A stretch of 64,000 bases of DNA, taken from positions 37,634,001 to 37,698,000 of the forward strand of contig OZ320322.1 in the NCBI GenBank assembly GCA_976226885.1, in the 5' to 3' direction. Numbering within the stretch: position 1 is the first letter of the stretch; each line of letters opens with the position of its first letter. Positions 13,372 to 25,963 of the stretch are shown piece after piece. The position numbers were made by a program, and so were the translations under genes. The notes under the pieces are model-generated. The model had not been told where the DNA came from. It ran no database searches and saw nothing but the letters and a program-made list of their open reading frames with translations. The DNA comes from Iphione sp. A-MEVVRFRX5 (taxonomy: Eukaryota).

Positions 13372-14005
13372 CTCCGTTGATGGGCCGCATCCAGGGGTAG
13401 ATGGGGATGTTCTGTGGCTGTCCGCCAGTCCCTCCGCCGTTCACGACGCCCGGTCCGGCCAAGGCTCCAGCAGGGTGATTGTATGGGTGGTGGTGAGGGG
13501 GCACCATGCCGTGGTGGCCGCCAGGGCTGGACGTGGCCGGCCCACCATGCCCGGGGCCCCCGCCGCCACCTCCGCCGCCCACCGGCCCGCCCATCCCGGG
13601 ACTCTCGGCGGGTTGCACCTTGCAGGGGCCTAGCTCGTCCACGGGCGAATATTGTGGCCCATGGGAGCCATTCGTCTGTCCGGCAGGCTGACTGTACTGT
13701 GTACCAAGCGCTGAGGTCTGCTGATAACTGGCCGGGTTGACAGCCGAACTGGCCGCCAAACTTGTCGTGTGCGCGCCCGGGGTGTAGCCACCTTTCCCCG
13801 TGATGGGCCGGATATCCAGCCTGTCAAACGGGGGAAACCTAGGGAACCCCGGGTGCTGGGGATCGCCTTCTGCGTAGACGCCAATGCCGCCCGTGCTGGC
13901 GCCGTAGAAGGCCGGATCATACTTGCCTTCCTGTGTCATGAACGGGTCCTGCGTGGTGCCATTGGGCAAGTTCGCCGGGATGATATTTCCGTAGTAGGAG
14001 CTCAT
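13372..14005 (-). CDS. Lox5: Lox5 Hox gene, coding exon 1
   Basis: Starts MSSYYG (SSYF-type N-terminal motif of central Hox proteins), has Gly and His/Pro-rich tracts, and ends NIPIYPWMRPING with the YPWM hexapeptide. 634 nt (phase 1) joins exon 2 (338 nt) for 972 nt, i.e. 323 aa plus stop. Confidence 0.94.
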
Positions 14006-14026
14006 AATACCTGCAATTCAGTCCAA

Positions 14027-14120
14027 TGATTTGTGGCCAGTCCTGCGTTCTAAAACATGTCGACAAGATTGACCAAATAATATCGGCCATAATCAAACCC
14101 ACGTGACGCCTTCGACCAAT
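14027..14120 (-). promoter_or_regulatory. Lox5 proximal promoter / 5' leader motifs (E-box CACGTGAC, CCAAT, ACAAATCA)
   Basis: CACGTGAC at 14100-14107, CCAAT at 14116-14120 and ACAAATCA (minus) at 14034-14027, all within about 115 bp of the ATG. Confidence 0.5.
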
Positions 14121-17100
14121 CGGTGATAAGATAGCGGTCACATGCCCACGGCCCGGATAGAACTGGGTCACGCCGGCATACATTACTAGAAAACCCATTA
14201 ATTATAGCTCCCAAACGCGTGCTGGACCAAAATACTCGCAGCTGAATGGGATTGCACCCGGGCTCCGACTGGCCGGCGTTTTAGTGGCCGACACACAGAC
14301 CTGCTATTGTGGTAATGCGATGCCAGTCCCCTAAATCCATTTGGACGCTTCCCGGTCAGTTATAAGGGGGTGATTTCCAAGGAGGAGTAAGAGGGAAGGT
14401 GGGAGGAGGAGGGGAGGGAGGATGGTCAGGGCGAGCTGGAACGAGTCAGATGGCAGTGGGAGTGAGGGTATCCGGTATGGGGTATATGGGGGTGGGGAGA
14501 TGCCCTAGACGCACCACGTATACAGGAGGGTCTATGTCCTATTGCCCCTACTCATTGATCAAGTTCATTGTCCAGGGGAGTCGCAGAATGTGCTATTGAG
14601 CGCCATAACCTAGCTACACGACACACCCCTAGCTTGGACATTAGAAGGCTAATCACAGGTCGCCAGTCGAGCTCAAAGAAAATATATACCACCCCTAAAC
14701 CCACCCCTCCAGACACTGGAAGAAGGTGTAGTAGCCATAGCATAACCGGTTTAGGGTTGAAACAGATACGGATTTCCCGCCAAAGACAATCAGAGCCATT
14801 CATTGTCCACCCATCCCGGAGCCGGTCGTGAATCATCTGTTCATGGCGAAAAACAGACCCTTTATTGGCTGCTTTCTTTACTCGGAGACTCAGAAGACCC
14901 ATCTGAAAAAGGGACCAGTCCTAAGCCTGACCGGTGACCCTCCAAGAGGCAAAATAATGTAATAATATGGTGTTTTTAAACATGCTTCATTTGCCGTGAT
15001 TAAAGGCTGGTTGGGTGGCGGTGTTTGTTTTGGACCCAAGTGGGGTTAAGTAGAGGATGTTTTATGTGGTCAGTCGTGTGAAATCATTTAACCTCGGGGT
15101 TATCCGTAGCCATTCCTCACTCCCATCACGCCCGCATGCTCTCTCCTAAAGAGTCCCCCACCCATACCAGTCTCCGCCATTCCCTCCTGCCCTCTGTTTC
15201 AGTCAATATTCCCTTCCCAAGGTCCAGCAGACTAAGATATTGACAAGGCTAAACCGTTACACGTTAACATGCTATGACACAGATTGCTAACCATGGATGG
15301 GTCGTATACATGTCGGAGGCAGTTGGGAAGCTCATTGTTACAAGAGGTGGACCCTTACACCCGCATCAGGCACCAGCCATCACGAAGGGATGTAAATCAC
15401 CACACGGATATGAACTTCAATGTGAAAAGTTCAACTTGTTAATACCTCGGTGTACAAGAACGGAGACCACACGATTCATCGCATTGTTTTACACTTTTAT
15501 GTATGTAGTGTACTATCTACAGATGCATAGTGGTAAACACTACCATTGCCTAATTATGAGGAAAAGAAATGCACAAACAGAATACCCTACCGGGGAAAAA
15601 AACCTCTGTTAATTGGTTCCCGTGAAGGTAATATACAGTCCCGAATAATAGTCTTTCCTCCCACAAACAGCACTGCTTTGTTGGCATGAAGACAGGTCTA
15701 TAATAGTTTAATATATTTCCCATTCAATTTAAAGTAAATTGCCAAGGAGACATGGCCAAACATAAAGGAGATCTGACATATTGGCTAATTTGTGGCATGT
15801 TGAAGCTGTTCCACACCCCAAAAAAGGGAGCCCCACCTGCTTGAATGCTTCATTAGAACTCGCCGTTATAACAATATGTCCCCAAACCTGTACACCATCA
15901 GCCAGGCTGCCAGTCAGGGGGGGCTCAGGCCTGAACAATGTGATTCTAGCCGGTAGCATCAGCAGCAGTAGCAGTAGCCACGTGTCCCCATGACAACGCT
16001 AACTGTAGGATATACTATTTCGTGGGCGCTGAAACACATAAATGTCAAATAACAATTACACACGGACACCCATCCTAGCCATTGTGCAGACTCCTGACAA
16101 TACAGCATTACTATAATCAAGAGCGTGCCACTTGGTGGGTCGGTCGAGGGGGTGTCTGTGAGGGTTTATCTCCGGTCCACACCCACCCATTATAGGGGCA
16201 TAAATCCTCCAGGGGAAGAGGGCCGCGCCACGGGCAGGTAGACGGAGGGAGGAGGATGAGAGGGGTTAAGGACTAGCCAGACACTCACAGGTGGTGCCTC
16301 CTACTACTAAACGCATCATTCTTCCAACCACGATACTACATAGATACCTCTTCTACGACAGACTCATCAGGGGAGAAAGATGGAATTGATGATACGTACG
16401 GGGAAGGGTCGTGAAAAAGAGTGGATGGCAGGCTGATATGAAGAAGGATATACTATTATGAAGAGAACGAACATGGATGGGGGGATACCAGCGAATGAGC
16501 AGAACATTTGCAAATTTGAAGGAGGAATGTATGATAGACCAATTGGGATGGGGTGGCACCAAGGTTAGTTTGATAGGTAGCAATGCACAAAAAGGAGACG
16601 ATGGTTTGGTAATGATGATGATGATTATTACAAAAAAAACTACAGGGAAAGGGTAGACTAATAGAGGGACGAGACAAAGAAGAGCGATATGGTGTGTTTT
16701 TTCTTGAACACAAATCCTCTTTTATGAAAAAATACTAAGAAATCCGGCCATAAATCATCAGTTTACCGATTAGTCAGACCAGGCAGGTCCATTGTCCTGC
16801 AGTTCATCAGTCGTTCCGCAGAGGGAAGTCACGAGGGTTTGGTGGGAGGAAGAGAAACAAAATGAAGGATAGTAAAGTAATAAGCAAACGAGGTACAAAA
16901 GACAGGATGATACGTATAAAAGAGAGCCGGAGGAATGAAGACAAGTGAGATAAGTGGCACTGGTTGGACTGAATAAAACAGACCAAAAGAAAGTGTTGTT
17001 TTAAAAGAAAGGGGGGAGAATATAGCAGAATGAAAGGAGATATCAAAGTGTAACAGCTGGTGGTTGGATACAAGTCTTGTACCGACGCAGCTATAAGACT

Positions 17101-17221
17101 TTGACCGAAGAAGGCAGAATACATATATGTACAACAAAAGGTGAAGGATTGTTAAAATTGGATGAGGCTGGAGAGAGGAATCTATATCGACAATATATCT
17201 ATATTGTGGCTCTTTATGCTC

Positions 17222-17255
17222 AATAAAAACTTTTTGAAATTGAAATTGAAATTGA
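17222..17255 (+). repeat. AATAAA plus (TTGAAA)n tail, probable 3' remnant of a CR1/L2-type LINE or SINE
   Basis: cAATAAAaactttttgaaattgaaattgaaattga. Confidence 0.4.
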
Positions 17256-20200
17256 CGGAGCTAATGTTGGAGACATTTTGACATAAACACAGTGTGAACA
17301 TTATACCAATATAAAGATAAGGGAGCTAGAGTAACAGAGGCAGCAGGGAGACTCTATATGCCGGTTCCATACACACGTATACATCATCTGTGAACTTCAA
17401 AAAGGAAGCCCCCAAATTAAGTCAGGAAGAGAAGTAACAACACGCTTAGGCACGTGAGAAACCTTTGTTGCAGGTAAGATATGTCTAGTTCTACAGAACG
17501 TTTGACCTTCTGTTAACAAGACTCCACAGGTGATTGGTTGACTCAAATGTCACGTGCAGTGGACTAACTGCTTTTCACAGGGAAAGCGATCAATACAAGG
17601 TTCTGATTTTGAATTTGAACAGTGTCAGGGTCTCTGCTCCATTGCTTGGTTTGCTCTGTCTGATTCGCTTCGCAAATAGACTTTTAAATAGCATTTCGTT
17701 TTACGGGCAGGATCCCCTGATGTCCTTTTCAGCAGTAACATTGACATATTGTACATACACATGTTAGTTTACTAAGTGGCACACTTAATAGCCTCGTAAT
17801 CTGCGTCATCTGCGAGATACCCTAACCCACTATTCGAAATGATTTATCACACCCATGCTGCGTCGCGCGGTGTACCTTAAACTCCAGTCAACCTAACACG
17901 TGTAAAAACACATGGGCCCTGTCTATAATGCATCATCGTTATATCAACTGACAGAATCGTATTTACCCACGAGGTCATGCGCCCTTTGTCCCACCAATGT
18001 TCGTCACTCCTCCTAGAACGCTACATTTCTCATGCAAACACAGGGTTGTAAGTTATTCAGCCCCGAGCTACCGAATTGTCCACTGGTCAGTTCTGATAAG
18101 ATCAGCCTACAAGAGTTCGTGAGACGTTTTGGCTGGTTTTGAGTAGGAAGAGAAGTTTAGCGTGTATGCATACATGGCAGGCAACCCTCATATCTGGAAG
18201 GAAACTTATGTAATGGTAACCAGACATACACATGAAGAATCATTCACAAATGTAGTGTTGGAGGAATTCGTCCACCAGGCATGGTCAGCGGGGGAAAATA
18301 TTCCTACATTACATTTTTTTCTTCAGAATGAGCGATATTCAGAGCGAGGTACCTGTATTTGTACATATACGTTATACATATGCATAAGTTAAGGGTGTGT
18401 CGCTGATTCTTCTATATAACTGGCCGTTGGTGCTACCGTCTGTGTCTGACTATCTGTCTTCTCACTCGCTCCTACATCGCTGCTGCTTCTTAGTTTTACC
18501 CTATGTAGCCAAATGCACCGCTGATTAAGTACTTCTGCTTCTTTTTTTTACATGGTGTCGAACTTAAAAGGAATCCATAGTATTCGACGCTACAGCTGCT
18601 CCAGTCATTTATTTTGTGCGATACACTGAACCTACAGAGTGCAAATTCCTGCATGGCCGGTACTGGTCCTTTACATGTATATTTAAGATTTTGAACAGGT
18701 CTGTTATTTGGTTCTATTGTATACGGATCATTTTTATTTTTGGCGTACTTTACATCACTCTATACTCAGCTATGTAGATATAAAATATGGCTAAGTGATT
18801 GTCTGTTGCATCCACAAATATTGAGTCTAATTCGCAATGGGATACGTTAGGGATGGCTTTAGCTTAATTTATACCAACCACACAAGCAACCAGTGCGTAT
18901 ATAATGGGCACTACTTTGGATACTAATCCCAGCTCATAACTTTTTTTACCTACACTCCTACCTGCACAAACAAAAATCATCGCGCAAATGCATCTACATG
19001 TACACCTAGATAATTATGCATAGTCAAGTGATTAACGCTACCTCCCTAAGTACAGCCACATATGCGCTGGAGATCATAAGTTCCTATACTCACATGAGTA
19101 CACACACATACACACCATACAAATTACACGTACGTGCATATGAAATTACAGAAGGGATGGTTTGATAGGTACAGAGGCACGGCGCCATGTAGGCACTCGT
19201 GTACATGGATATCGGGGTGATTGGATGAGATAAACCTGCAGAAATACTGACGGGAGGTTAGGACTTGAAAAGCCCCGGACTGGCGGGTGGATTCGCTCAG
19301 CAAAGGAGACAGCAGATTGCCTTAATCTTCTGGGAATCCCATTCATACGGATTGGTATGCGTGTCAGGCTACCACTGTAAATAGGTTTAGCGCCTGGGTG
19401 ATCTCCCGCAAACCTGGCTTAACTAGTGCATATGGGAAGGGACCAGGGAGGGGAGGGGGTGTATGAGGGAGACCCAAACATTTTGCGCTTGTGTATCAGT
19501 GAAATCTGTGAGCTTGTGCTTCACTGCCACAAGTGTGGGCCGTTTGACGTACGACAATTACACACAGCAGAGGCGCTGGCTGCAATGAAATTTCACGTTC
19601 ATTTTACTCATTGCCCAGCTATCAGTGTTGGCAATGGAAACACCCACACAGCTAAAGTTGGCGGTCCCCTTATATCCACTGGCTTTCTAAATGTTTACCG
19701 ACAGGATTGCAACGAGTAAAATGTCTTGCTTGAATGAGATGACGGATGAGCCAGGTGGTCTTATACGAAATCGTGTGTTCTGCTTGTTGAGTTGTAATTT
19801 ATTCTACTCACATAACGCCTAGGGGAGCTAGCCCTTAAGCAGGTGACCTTCCCATTATCGACCGTGATCCGTTTGTATTTCCTGGTTCATTACTGGTGAC
19901 ACTCTTCGAAAATACGAAAATTAGCTCCTATATGCATTTGAACCCTGCGAGTTTACATCATGAGGAGGTATGAGAAGGCAAAACACCAGTAATTCGCGAT
20001 TGTCAATAGATGAGTTTATTGTAAGTGAGTGTTGGCAATGCACATCAGTGAAAATTTGGCAGGTGTTTTCTACCTAACGCCAACATGAGATTATATTTTC
20101 ACATTTCATATCGGTGTGTCCTAAATTATCCCACCATGCACATTTCCTGTTCAGCAATTGTAGGGATTTTATTGCGATTAAGAACTGCGTATTCCCGCTA

Positions 20201-23200
20201 ATGCATTATTTATGATACCACTATAAGACATGTTCTACATATATACTTATTTGACAGAAAAAAATAATTGTATCACGCCTGTCACTGTCGTATTTGTTCC
20301 TACCCCCCGATAAAGGTACATGAGAGGTGTGCAAACAGCCATACCTTGGCAATTGTTAATAATAATAATTTGGACTAATATCAGAGTCTGCTACCATTAT
20401 TATATGTTTAAAATCTAAGGTTATGATATAGACCTGAGTACAATAGCCAGCGAATTAATTACTCCCTGCAACGATTATGGTTGATAGTTACATGCATTAT
20501 ATGGCCAAATACATGTTATTCACATGCTCGCACCTTGGGTGTGCTCCAGTCGGTTCTGAGCCAAAACCAAATAACAGACTCAGTTCAGTTGGGTGTAATG
20601 AATTAGAGTGTGTGCTCAAACACATTCGGAAACAATTTAATTGGTTCTGCTATTTGATGGAAAGGTACAGCAATTACTTTATCAATGTCACTGTCCAAAG
20701 CAGCGGCAAAATCTGCAGGTAACGTAGAGTTTTGATTTTACTTGTCCTCCTTAAACCTTGCATTGATAATACTGTACCGTTACACTGGTGTGCTTCTATT
20801 CCGGGTCACAATATAGAAAACAACAGCATCAAATATTTCAAGAAATAATATTTCGATTGCCTCAACTGGATGGTTGTTTTGGAACATTTGGAATGATCGT
20901 CCTAGTACATAATGGACTCTGCAAATTGATTTTCACGATAGGGTTTATTGGTGATTGAAAATATAACACGGACAGTAATGAACTATTCGTCGCTATAATA
21001 TAATTGTATTTTATTATGATGGAAATATCCGCGTATATTTGAAAGGATAACTCAATATGGCAGCACGATATGTGATTTATTCTGAGACACCTCCTGAGAT
21101 CTGCTTGTTTGAAAAATTGCTTATTCATATTTCAAGCCGGGTCCCTGCCGTTTTCCTGCAGGTGGTGCACTTATGGATTTTTGGGGGGACATCCCATAAA
21201 ATTTGATAGAAGAGTTCATCCTGATATTGCTCTATCAAAAGAGTCCATTCCTTTCTTCGTGGTAGAATACAAGATCTCGCGGTTCTAGGCTTCCAAACAT
21301 GCCACTTGAATAGTTACCATATACTGTAATAGGTAATATTTCTGTTTGTTAAGCTAAGAGAAGATAGACCTATGTAACAGATATATCAACGTGTGTGGTG
21401 TGCCTTTCAGCGGTGTCGATATCTTCCTCTAAGATCTCACAGCGGCTAGCGACTTATCCTCATAATGCATGTCCTTGTGCGTGTATCTGACTTGAACATC
21501 AGTCATATGTATTATCCCAGGTTTGGGTTGGGGTCCCGCCGCTGAATTCAGGTTGGGGAGTGGGCGAATCGGGTGGGGTACAGGATGGGTTGGGTGGGTG
21601 AGAGAGGCGATTAGTTGGATTGGGTTGTAGAATGAGGTAGGGGTTGAAGTGGGGGCACTAGTCGGTAGGGGGCGCTGGCAATAAGGCAGTAGCTCCATCT
21701 AGTGTTCCTGACAAGAAGATAGCCTCGTATACACAGAGTCGTCGGTTGTGACGACAAAATTGGCCCAGTCGTCGAAAACCTAAAAACGACTCGGTAAGTA
21801 GACTAGGCAAAGGGGGGTTAGTAAAGGGCAGGGGGAGGGGGAAGGGAAGAGAGACTGCAGAATTCCTGTCTCGGCTAGAGTCGCTTTGTCGTAGCTTTGA
21901 CAGACGGTTATGCTTGGAAGCCCATGAGAAATGTGGTCTTGTGGGAAGGAATTGTTTCTCTTAGCAACGATACACTGAAATGGAGGTGGAAGACAAGGGA
22001 TTGAACATGGTGGCCCGACATTGGTAAGCAACACGAGGAGGTAAAAACCAAGCGGACCAATTTGTCTTTAGATTCGTTACTTCCAGCGACAGCTGTTTGA
22101 CATAAGCCGCTCGGGATGACAATATTATCGAAGGTCGAGCTTTATCACAATTATTATATTAAAGAAGATTGGGAGAACGTGTCTACATACACAGTAGTAG
22201 TTGTGTGTGTGGCTTTCTTGGTTCCTTTGATCTATAATTTTATCTCTTGAAGGCCTTATCGGTTTAAGAATTTTCCCCAAAAAATATTCGGAAAAAATGC
22301 TCTTATCGTTTAGATGGACACAACAGTTCAAACCAATAGGTTCCGGAGCAATTGCATGTTGACGAACTTGAGGCCAAAGTCAAGTGTTGGTTTTGAAGGC
22401 AGTCAACTCACAAATCAACAAGAAAAGCTGATTTTAGTTTTTTTTTAATTTTTAGAACACAGATCAATCATAACAGGAAAGTGTTTTCACAGTCCAGTGT
22501 CGTATTGCCTAAAATTATGGAATGCATATCAATTACTTCTGGTTAACTCGTTTATCGAGCCCACTGTCAAATGTAATAGAGTATAAGTTAATCATATGTG
22601 ACGACCACAAAAGGCGCATGTGTGATATATTATGCACATACGTGTACATGAAAAGGACGTCAGAGTTGGGCGCAGTCTAGGTTCGAAGCTGGCTTAGCTT
22701 ATAAAATGGCATAAAGGAACAAAAAAGATATTTAATCCCTTTCTGAAAGTATCACATAATGAGATCAATTTTGATTAAATCAATAACAACTGTAACTTCC
22801 ATAACGTGCACACTGTCTTCTGTACTATACCTATAGCTTTCTGGGCCCTGTTTTTATGACAGGGTTAAAACCCTGCAGATAGATGTAACCCTATAAATAC
22901 AAGCCAACCCCCTGTGATGTATATACGCAAAGACACAGCGACCTGGCGCATATAACCGTCTTTGAATGACATATGAGTACATTCTAGGGAAATCAAAGGC
23001 AATCCGGTGCATATCTGTATCAGATAAGGGGCAGTTGCAAACAGATTTACTACATTGACTCGCATGTATAGAGATAAGATCGTGCTCATTCATGTAAGGA
23101 TGTCAAGCTTCAATACAGATGGGTATGCTTTTAGGGTTCGTGTTAACTTTCTTTCTTATTTTCCTTCTATATTGCGAGATAATATAAACCGAAGGCTAAA

Positions 23201-25886
23201 TCGAGAAAATATACACTCTCCAAGCGCAGAAGGTTCAGTTAACATTTTCGTCTTGTCTCTTTTTCAGGCATCGCACAGTGGTACGAAAGGACGAGATCCG
23301 GCTGAGGGCAAAGAAATTCTGCAGAGATGACACATAGATGAATTAAAAATCAGGGCGCAGAGAATGCATTGCAGAGTGCATTTGGGGCATTATTTGCGAG
23401 CTACTTTGAAGTACTCTGCATGCAAGGTCATGCTTTTCTCTGGTCATATTCAATTTCCTCATTGATTCTCCAGCAGCGGTCGCCTTAGCCGAGGAAACGT
23501 TGACTAATTGTTTGATCTCGGTTCAATTAGGCCCACTGCTGTGCCCATGTTGGGAGAGAAGGGGGGTGGGTGGATTCTGGATCAAGGAGGGGTTGTCCTG
23601 TGCTCGTCGCTCCTCAGGGCCAGCATATGGTAGGGTCAACTTCTCTCTCCCCACAGAGCAGCAAGGGATTATTGGCTCTTTATCGCTCGTCCTTTGTTTA
23701 ATATGGTGTGAAGAGTTGCTCGAGGAGACTGTGGAGCAGGAGAGATGCCCGCTGGTGACGCTGTTGGCTTGTGCCTGATGGGTTGAGGCGAATTTGGGGT
23801 GAAAGTGGGGCTAGAGCGCAGGGAGTTTGATTTATACGACGCTTGATCCCCCTTGGGTGACAACGGCAATATGTCCGCTGGGGTCAGCCACACACGGAGG
23901 GGTCGGGGTAGCCGACACGCCGCCCCCTTACCCCTACCATCTCCCCAGTTGGGGTGGTGAGATGGGGCTAAATGTTAGTTGCTGCAACGGTCGCCTATTG
24001 AACGCCAATGAGGATTAATCATAGGAATTTTTGGTGATTTAATGCCATAATCCTTTGGGGGATCAGAGCAGGTGGGCTGGAGGGTTAGTAGGTGGATGGG
24101 TGGCAGTCGGGAGCAGCTTTGAGGCGGGGAGGGTGGGTGGGAGGGCTTGCGGGCACAGTGTCCGATATTCTGTCTCTACACGGTAACGGTAGACGAGAAA
24201 AAACATGGCCAAAACACCGTCAACGGAATTGTGCAGGATTGAGACTTGATCACAACCCAAACCAGTCTGATAGCTCCGGTAGAGCTCCTCCAATGGCTAG
24301 ATTGATAGAAATGGTGCCCTGCAGTGAGAATGAGATGCCAGAGGTCGGGTTTGACATTTCAAGTACGAAAAGCGGCTCGGCAAAGCGCGGCTCGCTTCGG
24401 TCGAACTGTCTAGACAGCGCACTTTCATTTGCGCTCCTCTTCATAAATAGTGCAGTAGAAGCGGGAGTCCGTTCGACAAATTGAACCTAATGACATTGCG
24501 TTTCAAGTTGCTTTTAGTTCCCATATTTTTATGCCCGTCGCTCGCGACTGGAATCACTGCATTCCACAGCCGCACGCTCGCACTGAACTCGAACCCGTTG
24601 CATGCGAGACCGTTTGCCTCTAACTGCCGCAGTGGGTGCGCGGCGCTGCAGTCAAGCGGAGGGAACCCGAGACGAGCCCGAACCCGAGGAGGCGAAAATC
24701 TCTCAAAACACCTCAAACGAAATTCCTTCCCTACGTAGAGTGTTGCCAGATATTTCTTGCATATCCAAGCCGGTTGCAGTTTACCCTAATTAAATGTAAG
24801 GAGGTAATTGCGATGTATTATCTGGGTCGCGGTGAAAAGTGGAAATGTTCCTGTGACTTTGCTTAGTTAACAAACGACATTGGGGTCCTCCGCACTCGCC
24901 TGACCCAGTGTCGATACTGACGGAGATGGTCTGGGCCTTGGTAGACCCCATCCCGGGATTCATACATCATCACTGGCGATTCCCAGAAGGAAGAACACTA
25001 TTATACTTTAGTACGGGTGATGGGAGAATATGACGGGGGGAATCAGTACATAGTATTCTGAAGTTGCATTACCTGTGTTCAAGTGGGCTATGGTGAACAT
25101 TTCAGGGTCTAGAAAATATAATATGAAGACGGTGCACAACACGGTCGAAGAAAAATGTACAAATTTCAAACACGTGATTTCTATGATATTTTGTATGTTC
25201 CCATGAATGTGTCGTCGTTGTTGAACTTCACTGAAATCTGTTAGGGAGAAAAAAAGACACAATAAACGAAGCTTTTCTTGCACAGGTGGTGAGATTATGC
25301 ATGTATTATACATGTACCAATTTACACATATAGGCCTGAATACTGATAAATGATCTTGCACGGTGTGAAGAAGGAAAAAATCCGAATGACCTACTTCACT
25401 TAGGCCTGAAAGAGATATATTTCGATCCGAAAGTTCAGCTGTTTTTCGATCCTGCTTCATCTATGAAGGGAGTACGACAATGGAATCTATTGTCAGGTAC
25501 TTGGATGGGGTTGCGGAAGAGATGCTTCAGATGACTTGCGAGACAACATGTACTAACTCAGTTGGTCTATGAGAATTACCAATGAAAAACATTCTGGATC
25601 GGTTGATTGGTTTCTCAATAAACGTTTTTCATTCATTCATTCAAGATAAGCTTGCACTAATAAAATGTAAACGTTTCTCGATGACACGGTCCCACCTCCA
25701 TACTTTACAAAGGGGCAAGCAGAAACACTTATAGGTACATATTTCCCCAGAAACACTTATAGATACATATACGTATATGTATACCGATGTATGTATATTC
25801 CCATATTTGACTACAAAAAAAATGGTTAGACGTCAGAATAATAAATGTCTATTGAACAAGTAATAGACTATGGATGGATCGCTTTG

Positions 25887-25890
<4 letters not shown>

Positions 25891-25960
<70 letters not shown>
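25891..25960. repeat. (GA)35 microsatellite
   Basis: Perfect dinucleotide run of 70 bp. Confidence 0.98.

Positions 25961-25963
<3 letters not shown>

Noticed and set aside
20880-21330. Possible Penelope-like relic (LLSNFMGCPP..., IVLPY)
   Set aside because: Faint motif resemblance across several stops and frameshifts; not supportable without a profile search.
24330-24760. CpG-rich block with CGAACCCG repeats and a GTGTTGCCAGAT transposon-end-like motif
   Set aside because: No matching inverted terminus or TSD found in the window.
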